Positions 45,980-55,000 of a stretch of DNA of 64,000 nucleotides are shown piece by piece. This DNA is from Bacteroidia bacterium (GTDB lineage Bacteria; Bacteroidota; Bacteroidia; NS11-12g; UBA955): assembly GCA_023228875.1 (NCBI GenBank), contig JALOAG010000008.1, forward strand, positions 19,163 through 83,162, written 5' to 3'. Each line of letters opens with the position of its first letter. Position 1 is the first letter of the stretch. Below the pieces are notes generated by a model. It saw nothing but the letters and a program-made list of their open reading frames with translations. It had not been told where the DNA came from and did no database searches. Both the position numbers and the translations under genes were made by a program.

Positions 45980-46681
45980 TTATTTGCCGAAATAATAATT
46001 TACGCCAAGAGTAGGAGTAAGTCCAAGCCCAATGTTGAATTGGCTGCTTGATGTTGAACTAGAACCGTTGTTATTAGGTGTTTGAGAAGTTGACTTCATA
46101 GAAGTATATCCAATAATATTGTTTAATGAAAAGTCAACACCCCAATTGTTGCTAAAGAAGTAAGTTAATCCGGGAGTAATATTCACTCCAATGATGTTGT
46201 TCTTTATTTTGTTTCCATCAATAATGTCTGAAGGGTGAAGAATATCCGGAGTTCTGTTTTGAGTAGTACCTGAATTGTAACCTACAGAAACTTGTCCAAA
46301 CAAATAAAGTCCGTTACCTACTTCTTTGTAGTATCTAGAAAAAACGCCTGCACCTAAGTTAACGGTATTCACTGTTTCTTCTTTCTTTCCATCTATAGAA
46401 GCGACCCTTCCAAAAAAACTGCTGCCGACATTTAAATTAAGTCCTACAACAATATTGTCGCTAATAAAATAGCCTGCGGTTGGGCTAACATTCCAATTTA
46501 AATTACCTTTAGTCTCGGTTGAAGTGGCATTGCCTGAGGGAGGGGTAACTTTGTTTACAGTTTTGCCTGCTAAATTTACGTTTAATCCACCGCCAATCAT
46601 GATAGATCCTTTACCGGTCTGAGCATTGGCAACCATACAAGTTGAGATTGCTGCTACGAAAGTTAAAACTACTTTTTTCAT
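45980..46681 (-). CDS. small outer-membrane beta-barrel (porin/OmpA-like barrel) protein. The start is at MKKVVLTFVAA.
   Basis: It has a signal peptide ending ...ANAQ, alternating amphipathic beta strands and a C-terminal aromatic residue (..YYFGK). Confidence 0.6.
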   Translation of the reverse strand: MKKVVLTFVAAISTCMVANAQTGKGSIMIGGGLNVNLAGKTVNKVTPPSGNATSTETKGNLNWNVSPTAGYFISDNIVVGLNLNVGSSFFGRVASIDGKKEETVNTVNLGAGVFSRYYKEVGNGLYLFGQVSVGYNSGTTQNRTPDILHPSDIIDGNKIKNNIIGVNITPGLTYFFSNNWGVDFSLNNIIGYTSMKSTSQTPNNNGSSSTSSSQFNIGLGLTPTLGVNYYFGK

Positions 46682-46852
46682 AAATATTTGATTTAAAAAA
46701 TGTACTTGCAAATGTATGGATAACATAATCAATGCCGTAGGTTGAAGTTCTCCACAAATTGAGTGGTTGGTCTAAGAAAATGTAGTGTTGGTTAGAATTT
46801 ATTCAGCATTTCTTGCAGATGACGGCTTCTTTCTATACAGATTTTTTTCAAT

Positions 46853-49800
46853 GTTGTGATTTGCTTACAGTTCTTATCTTTGATGTGGTCATAAACAATG
46901 AACAAAGCCCTATACCGGCACGAACACAAGTTGTGATTTGCTTACAGTTCTTATCTTTGATGTGGTCATAAACAATATTTAAAAACAAAAGAAGACAGAG
47001 ACGTAGTTGTGATTTGCTTACAGTTCTTATCTTTGATGTGGTCATAAACAATAATGGGATACATGGAGAAGTACAGACATAATGAAAGAAGCCCTCAAAA
47101 AGAAGGCTCCTTAGTTCCTTACATTGCGAAGTCTATAAGATTAAGCAGTCCAGAACAACTGCAAATATACAACAATAATTTAAACCTAAGAATAAAAACT
47201 AAAAATTAGAAGATATGGCACAAGGCGGATTAGAATATGTAATAGACCTGATAGACGGTTCTTTTGGCAAGAACATTCAGAAGGCGCAGCAGCAGACAAG
47301 TAAGCTGGACGGCTTGGTTAAGCGCGTGGGGGCTGGCGTTGCAGCTGTGTTTACTGTGCAAAAAGTGTGGGGATTGGTGGAAGAGAGCACCAAAGTGCGG
47401 GCAGAGATGGAAGCTCTGGACACCAAGATTAAAATAGTGAGTGGTTCGACAGAACAATACACCCGCTACACTCAAGCGTTGGGTAGCATGATTGACAACC
47501 TTGCACTGCCTATCAAAGAGACAACAGAGTTGTGATTTGCTTACAGTTCTTATCTTTGATGTGGTCATAAACAATTGCCTGCTGAATAGGCTTCTTGGTA
47601 TGCATTGTTGTGATTTGCTTACAGTTCTTATCTTTGATGTGGTCATAAACAATGACAAAAACCGTTACAATCCGAATCAATTTGTTGTGATTTGCTTACA
47701 GTTCTTATCTTTGATGTGGTCATAAACAATTAGACTGTTGGTCTTTTCGTTCAAATACCTGTTGTGATTTGCTTACAGTTCTTATCTTTGATGTGGTCAT
47801 AAACAATTTCTTACAACGTACTTGTATGGTCTTACCCGTTGTGATTTGCTTACAGTTCTTATCTTTGATGTGGTCATAAACAATCCGAATACAACAGGTG
47901 GAAAATAATGGGTAGTTGTGATTTGCTTACAGTTCTTATCTTTGATGTGGTCATAAACAATGACAAGGGCAACGATAGTGAGCAGCCAATAGTTGTGATT
48001 TGCTTACAGTTCTTATCTTTGATGTGGTCATAAACAATCAACTTTTCTTCCTCAACTCGTTTTCTTCTGTTGTGATTTGCTTACAGTTCTTATCTTTGAT
48101 GTGGTCATAAACAATAAAAGTAAATGTCTTTGACTTTGTTGGGTAGTTGTGATTTGCTTACAGTTCTTATCTTTGATGTGGTCATAAACAATGTTGGCGA
48201 AGGGTAGGTCTGTGTCTGTTTCGTTGTGATTTGCTTACAGTTCTTATCTTTGATGTGGTCATAAACAATCTTATTGTTCTCATTATAAGCATTCTCAGGT
48301 TGTGATTTGCTTACAGTTCTTATCTTTGATGTGGTCATAAACAATTAGATAGTTACTTGATTGCATTATTCCAAAGTTGTGATTTGCTTACAGTTCTTAT
48401 CTTTGATGTGGTCATAAACAATTTTAAGGCTCTGGATGTGCCTAATGTGGAGTGTTGTGATTTGCTTACAGTTCTTATCTTTGATGTGGTCATAAACAAT
48501 AAATTGCCCTGCGTTTGCATCAATCTGCTTGTTGTGATTTGCTTACAGTTCTTATCTTTGATGTGGTCATAAACAATTGCTCAACTATTAGGTGGTAATG
48601 TATGCTAGTTGTGATTTGCTTACAGTTCTTATCTTTGATGTGGTCATAAACAATACAGGTTCTAGTTCCTTAAAGGTGTACAAAGTTGTGATTTGCTTAC
48701 AGTTCTTATCTTTGATGTGGTCATAAACAATTTGCTTACTTTGACATGTAGTAATTGTCCAGTTGTGATTTGCTTACAGTTCTTATCTTTGATGTGGTCA
48801 TAAACAATTCTCAATCTTATTCTAAATTTTACTCTTTGGTTGTGATTTGCTTACAGTTCTTATCTTTGATGTGGTCATAAACAATAAGTCATCTATTTAT
48901 ATACACTTGTATAGCGTTGTGATTTGCTTACAGTTCTTATCTTTGATGTGGTCATAAACAATTTTTCAATTACAAATCATTAATAAGTGCATGTTGTGAT
49001 TTGCTTACAGTTCTTATCTTTGATGTGGTCATAAACAATAGGGCATCCAGCTTCAATCATTCGCTTTACGTTGTGATTTGCTTACAGTTCTTATCTTTGA
49101 TGTGGTCATAAACAATGCCGGCAAATGAGTATAACGGCAAAACAGAGTTGTGATTTGCTTACAGTTCTTATCTTTGATGTGGTCATAAACAATTGCCAAC
49201 ATTCCAACGGCTGCCAACCTTTCGTTGTGATTTGCTTACAGTTCTTATCTTTGATGTGGTCATAAACAATTGTAAGAGTGGCAAGCACTACAGTTGAAGC
49301 GTTGTGATTTGCTTACAGTTCTTATCTTTGATGTGGTCATAAACAATAGATAGGTCGTCGCCCCCTTTTCGTTTTTAGTTGTGATTTGCTTACAGTTCTT
49401 ATCTTTGATGTGGTCATAAACAATGTCTCTCTCGTAGTTAAAATCGTCAGGGAGGTTGTGATTTGCTTACAGTTCTTATCTTTGATGTGGTCATAAACAA
49501 TTTAACTCTCTTTTGAAAAACGCAGTAGGGGGTTGTGATTTGCTTACAGTTCTTATCTTTGATGTGGTCATAAACAATGATTTTGCAGTAGAGAATTTAG
49601 AGAAACAAGTTGTGATTTGCTTACAGTTCTTATCTTTGATGTGGTCATAAACAATTATATTTGAGTAGCTTATTGACGGGTTTAGTTGTGATTTGCTTAC
49701 AGTTCTTATCTTTGATGTGGTCATAAACAATTAGCAGACGGAAATGGGAAAATAGTAATGAGTTGTGATTTGCTTACAGTTCTTATCTTTGATGTGGTCA

Positions 49801-49885
49801 TAAACAATCTTCTAAAGAATTTCCTATTTGTTTTATGTGTTGTGATTTGCTTACAGTTCTTATCTTTGATGTGGTCATAAACAAT
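46853..49885 (+). CRISPR. type II-C CRISPR array of 34 identical 47-bp direct repeats (GTTGTGATTTGCTTACAGTTCTTATCTTTGATGTGGTCATAAACAAT). It has 32 spacers of 29-31 bp plus one 476-bp insert in a spacer position. crRNA orientation is '+', as written.
   Basis: I enumerated every repeat by hand; starts are at 46853, 46930, 47006, 47529, 47607, 47684 ... 49839. Every copy looks identical. Orientation follows from the 19-nt complementarity between the repeat 5' end and the tracrRNA anti-repeat on the same strand. Confidence 0.97.
47053..47528 (+). other. 476-bp foreign insert in a spacer position (a 'mega-spacer'). It holds a phage-like intergenic region plus a 5'-truncated tail-tape-measure-like ORF; ATG is at 47215 and the ORF runs into the next repeat.
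   Basis: Intact repeats flank it precisely on both sides. The ORF 47215-47535 (MAQGGLEYVIDLIDGSFGKNIQKAQQ...) has no stop until the TGA inside repeat 4. Its N-terminus resembles tape-measure N-termini (lambda gpH-like MA..G.L.V.DL...F). Confidence 0.75.
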
Positions 49886-49956
49886 ATACCCTACTTGTAT
49901 CTATTGATAGTTCAAGGATGTCGTGGGATATGACACAAAGAAAAAAATGAAATGAC

Positions 49957-49990
49957 CAAGGAGGATTTATTTAGTAAATCCTCCTTTTTT

Positions 49991-49992
<2 letters not shown>
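49957..49992. terminator. bidirectional terminator between the array end and the cas2 3' end
   Basis: aaGGAGGATTTAtttagTAAATCCTCCttttttttt sits 1 nt beyond the cas2 stop on the minus strand and ~70 nt past the last repeat on the plus strand. Confidence 0.7.
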
Positions 49993-50341
<349 letters not shown>

Positions 50342-50350
50342 TCATACTTT

Positions 50351-51292
50351 TCAGAGGTTCATGGCTGGATAGGGGATTTTGTTTGCTTTGCCCTCAAAAC
50401 ATTTCACTAAACCGGCTGTGGTTCTTTGCAACGCAACCATTAAGGGGCTTTTGTTATTATCAATTTCAACATCTATTGCTGGTATGATTAACAACTCTTT
50501 CTTGATTTCTGTGGTTAATTCACCTTCAGTTTTTGGGAACTTGTGTAAAAGTCCACAAATCAGTTCATCCACAAATGGGCGATAAGGTTCCATAATATCA
50601 TCTGCCAGACAATATGAGTTGTATTGATTGCGATGATGAATCCCCAATGTTGGCAAGAGTCCGCTTCCAACCAATGAACGTGCCACGCAAGCACGTAAGA
50701 TAGAGTAGCCATAGTTCAGCCAAGTATTCGGTTTGTTGCCTTCGCGATCTCGAATGAAATTTGACTCGACTCCGAAAATATGTTGCCAATAGTAGGCTGC
50801 CGCCCTGCCTTCAAAGTTTTCAGGGTCTCCACTACGTACTTGTTTTGCCATGTTATACAGCATTTGTGCATCCCCTTGCCTTTGTTTTTCGAGCAAGATT
50901 CCTTGATTGTTTATTTTTTGTTTGACGGTTTGTTGCCATAGTTGTTTCTTTAGCGGAAGCGAGCTTTCAATCTGTGCCATAAAACGTTTTGCTTGCAGCG
51001 TGTTTCCGTCTAAATTAAGCATCATGCCGCATGGGTGGTGGGTTGAGTTACAGGTAATTAATGCCACATTGTTTTCTAATAGTTCACTCATCAGTGCTTG
51101 TGTCAATGTGATACGACTATGGTCTAAAATTAATAATCCGATGTCTTCAATGGGAATTGAAGCAATCGCTTCTTTTTTAACCTGCTCCGGCATATTCGCG
51201 TCTTGTTCAATCTCAGGCAGTTTTACAACCAATTGTTTAAGATTCAGACTTAAATAAGCCGGATTACCAAAATAGAGCGTGCGTTTAATCAT
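50351..51292 (-). CDS. cas1: CRISPR-associated integrase Cas1 (type II)
   Basis: It is 313 aa and begins MIKRTLYFGNPAYLSL...; operon context supports the call. Confidence 0.9.
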   Translation of the reverse strand: MIKRTLYFGNPAYLSLNLKQLVVKLPEIEQDANMPEQVKKEAIASIPIEDIGLLILDHSRITLTQALMSELLENNVALITCNSTHHPCGMMLNLDGNTLQAKRFMAQIESSLPLKKQLWQQTVKQKINNQGILLEKQRQGDAQMLYNMAKQVRSGDPENFEGRAAAYYWQHIFGVESNFIRDREGNKPNTWLNYGYSILRACVARSLVGSGLLPTLGIHHRNQYNSYCLADDIMEPYRPFVDELICGLLHKFPKTEGELTTEIKKELLIIPAIDVEIDNNKSPLMVALQRTTAGLVKCFEGKANKIPYPAMNL

Positions 51293-51295
51293 AGG

Positions 51296-52018
51296 CTAAA
51301 GAGTTAATTCATTTTCAATTTGCACGTATTCTTCAAACTGCTTTTCTTTTAGCGAGTGCTGTTCTTTATAGTTTTCCATGTTGTTAAACAAATGCTCAGC
51401 TAATTCGGTGTTACGGCTGTAAAAGCCGGTGTTGTTCGTCCATTCCCAATCGTTTATATCAGTAGTGAAATTGTGTTTTATCGGGTTGAGGTGAATATAG
51501 AGAATAATTGCTCGGAGGTAGTCATCGTCTTTGATTTCCTTCCGTTTGAAATTTTTAAGAAAAAGAGAACCGCGTCTTTGATAAACCTTATTAAAGGATT
51601 GGGTGTAACTGCTAAACAGATTAGCAAATTGTTTGCTGAGAAACTTTCCATCAATGGTTGGGATGGGGTTAGACTTTTCAACTGGTTTAAACTTTTCCAA
51701 AGTTCTAAACTTTGGAAAAGTTTGGAGTTGGTTAGGGAAGGTTGAGTTTGACGAAGTTTCCTCTATATTTGGTATATCGTTACTAAGCAGTACCTCTACT
51801 TCCCCTTTTAAAATCTTTTTAATTTCCTCCTTGCTTCTGATTTTGACTAAAAAATGAAAATGATTAGGCATCAGACACCAAGTCAGGGTCTCGGCTATGG
51901 GGCTGATATGCCGATTCCATTTGCTCAAGAAAAACAGATGGTTCTTTCTCTCAACAAATAGATTATCCGTTCCGTTTGCATGGTTGAAAATGTGGTAGTA
52001 TGTCTCAAAATTAAGCAT
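51296..52018 (-). CDS. HUH-superfamily Y1 transposase-family protein (IS200/IS605 TnpA or RayT-like, COG1943/PF01797-like), embedded in the cas operon
   Basis: It has an N-terminal YYHIFNHANG, the HuH motif PNHFHFLVK, and the C-terminal catalytic-Tyr region YQRRG...DDDYLRAIILYIHLNPIKHN, which matches the W-QRR...DExDY...Y-I-H-x-N-P-V-K pattern of RayT/IS200-like proteins. It is 46 nt after the cas9 stop and 3 nt before the cas1 start, on the same strand. Confidence 0.8.
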   Translation of the reverse strand: MLNFETYYHIFNHANGTDNLFVERKNHLFFLSKWNRHISPIAETLTWCLMPNHFHFLVKIRSKEEIKKILKGEVEVLLSNDIPNIEETSSNSTFPNQLQTFPKFRTLEKFKPVEKSNPIPTIDGKFLSKQFANLFSSYTQSFNKVYQRRGSLFLKNFKRKEIKDDDYLRAIILYIHLNPIKHNFTTDINDWEWTNNTGFYSRNTELAEHLFNNMENYKEQHSLKEKQFEEYVQIENELTL

Positions 52019-52064
52019 CTGCTATTATTTTTTAGTCATTAAACTTTATGAAGTCTTGTTTCTT

Positions 52065-55000
52065 TTAATATTCTCCAATACTTACAATATCGCCCAAATG
52101 ATTGATGCGTACTTTGACAATCCCTTCAAAATTGGGTAAACTTTTAATATTTTTGAAAGTGATGTCTTTTAGTTCTTTCCTATCATCTATTGTTGTTTCT
52201 AAATGATGCCTAAAAACATATTCTCTCACAGCTGAATTGCCATAAATAAGTTTTGAAAATTTCTGCACCCTAAACAAATTTTGACTGATTTCCTTTTTAT
52301 TTTTCGGGTCTAACAAATCAATTTCATTGGGGTTAAATCCTGTTTTTTCATTTGGGAAAACAAACATTTCATTTTGTTTCAAGGTAAATAGAAACTGCCA
52401 GCCTAAATGTTGGTTATATGTTTTATCAATTATTGGTAATCCTTGATTAGAGCGAGCAACAGCTTCATAGAACGAAACCACATTTTCTTGTAAATTTCCT
52501 TTCTCATCTCTGTAAACTGCTACGTGGTGATTGTTTCCAGTGCTAACATAATCAACAGGAATTTTCATCCCATTTTCATCCAACATAAAATTACCAAAAT
52601 GGTCTTTTTTGTAGTGCAAAGGTTCAGCATTGCTAACACCGCTAATTGTAACACGTTTTATTGAAATTCCCTTTTCTTTATTGAGCCAAATCGGGTTTTT
52701 GTCTAAATCAGAAAATGCTTTTTTGGGATCTCCTCCGTATTCTTTTAAGCGATTTCTCATTATCGTTTTAATTCCCTCATCAACAATTTTACCTATTAAT
52801 TTATCATCTTTAAAATTTTCCGGGGTAATATCTTTTCTAATTGAAAAATCTTCTGTCAGCCATACTAGTTTTACAATTTCAGGAAGTGCTTTTGATTTTG
52901 CTTCATCCAAGTAAATCGGATTTTTGCTCAAAGCATTTTTTCCTGCAAAAACTTTCATCGGGTCATTGCCATTTTCTGATAATCTTTGTAATAAAAACTT
53001 TCTATAAAGAGGGTTAGCCACTTTATTTATGGTTTCAACGTCAAATTTTGTGCTTACTTTTTCTTCTTTACTTTCGTAATAATGGTATTTACCGTAAACA
53101 GTTTCTTTGTGCAACTGTCCTCTTGGAGTTAACGTTTCTTGAGCTTTGTCTTTGCCCGAAATTTTATTTTTATTTTTCGTAACTACCTTATTTTTTGCTT
53201 TATGCGAAATCAATACATTTTCCAAATGCTCTTTGGCTACCTGACGGAAGTTTGGTATTGGTTCTTTAAAAACACGCTTTTTGTTTCCGTCATTATCCAC
53301 TTTTATTTCGGTTTCCAAATTCTCAATGGCAACTATATTGCTGTGCAATTTATGATTTTCGTTTTTCCGTGCATTCAGGTAATTCAAATACTGAATATGA
53401 TTATGTTTGGTAAATGCAACCGTCAAAGCGTCCATAGCGTGATGACGGTGGTCGTTCCGTTTTGTCCAGTCTTTAATAACTTCTACTTGCTTTCCAAATT
53501 TCCGTTCTTGCATTTCAGTCAACCCTAAACTTCTGTATTTCGGCAGATTAAGCTCTTTCATTACATTAACCAAGTCCCAATCTTCACGAAGTCTGTCTGT
53601 AATACTTCCCGAAGTGGAAACTACTGAACGGGTAATTTTAAACAGCATTTCTTTTGCCTTTTTGGCAATGTATTGCGTTTCTCTTAAATCACGCTCTATA
53701 AATCCGTCCCCGATTTCAGACTCTTTTTTGAATAATTTTTGATATTTAGCTTTTGAAATCTTCTTTTCCATGTACAAAATTTCGACTACTGATTCATACT
53801 TAGAAAAATCACCTTCGCCTTTTGTGCTCATATAATCAAATGCTGTCTTGTTTCCCTTATCCAAATTTGCTTGTCTCGGTACTAAAACTTTATTTGAAAA
53901 ACTGTCATCAAACAAACGGGATTGAGGAATGATATGGTCTATATCATATTCTTTTCCAAATAACTTATGATAATCAATTTTGGTATTTGTATATAAATCT
54001 TTATAAGCATTAAAGGCTAATTCCTCATATAGTTTATATCTTATAATATCATTTTTTGTTGGATTCTGAACACTTGGAAAATCTCTCTTTATGATCGCTC
54101 TTATTTTATCATTCTCCAATTTTGCAGCATTGATATTCGTAGTCATTTCTGCTCTTTCCTGTGCATTTTTCTTTAATTCACGAGCCAATTCTATACGGAT
54201 TTCGTCAAATCGGAAATCGGGATTTCCTTTTCTATTTTTCTCAATCAATGTGTTTACCACATTGACCATTTGATTAAGAATTTTCTCCACCACAGGTTGA
54301 CGTAAACTGTTCTTTTTCAACAACTCCAATTTATCCTCCAATGGTCTATTGTCTATTTCCTCTTTGGTCAAAGAATGCTTGGAATGACGATAACCTGCCA
54401 ATTCGCAAGCCGTACTATAATTGTTTTCCTTAATAAACGGATAAACTTTTCGCATCGCTTTGGAAGAAAGATTTCCGTAATCATCAGATAAGGAAATATT
54501 AGCCAAAATCTGACTATGTTCTTTTTTGAAGCCGAATTTCTTTTCTAACAGTTCATACAATTTTTCGTTTCCACTTTGGGAATTATCGCCTTCATACGAA
54601 TACAATAAATGCCACAATTGATAAGATAGCTGTTCTTCAAACGCTGTTCCGTCCAGCTCTGCATCAAATTCCAAAATCTTCGTATCAATTTCCAATGTCT
54701 GAAAAATATCCCTGACCATCTTCTTGATTTCAATGGCAGGAACATTCAAATCGTCCAGTTCAACCTCATCTTTGTTGGATTTTACTTTCAGTAAATCTTT
54801 TACGTCATACCCCTCTATATCCAAAATTTTCAGATAGGCTTCATAAAGTGCTTTATTGGTTCGATTGCCCTCCAATTCAGAATAATTGATTTCCCAATCA
54901 GTAGGTTTGTACCCTAATAGTTCAATGATTTTATTGGCTTTTAAATTGCCTTTAAAGTTCAATTCATCAAACAAATGTTGCTTTGTTTCTAAATCGAGCG

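Noticed and set aside
46853-47052. Treating the first three repeats as a separate orphan mini-array distinct from the main array.
   Set aside because: The repeats are identical in sequence and orientation to the main array. The intervening 476 bp begins and ends exactly at repeat boundaries, as a spacer would. A single array with one oversized spacer unit is the more economical description, and I note the alternative in the findings.
47215-47535. 106-aa ORF inside the array, considered as a possible real gene such as an anti-CRISPR or a small protein.
   Set aside because: It has a proper ATG and phage-like upstream region, but it has no stop of its own. It terminates at a TGA created by the next CRISPR repeat. 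It is therefore a 5' fragment of a larger phage-like gene, and I annotated it as part of the insert rather than as a CDS.
46848-49730. Many small ORFs inside the array (e.g. 46848-47051, 47230-47658, 48105-48344, 48357-48572, 49106-49288, 49491-49730) share peptides such as LFMTTSKIRTVSKSQ and CDLLTVLIFDVVINN.
   Set aside because: They are translations of the 47-bp repeat in different frames and strands. Their periodicity equals the repeat unit, so they are not genes.
51250-52070. Autonomous IS200/IS605 insertion within the cas operon.
   Set aside because: Only 46 nt upstream and 3 nt downstream of the HUH ORF are non-coding. No subterminal hairpins or an accompanying tnpB/iscB are present. 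I treated it as an embedded or co-opted gene or a decayed remnant, not a mobile element feature.
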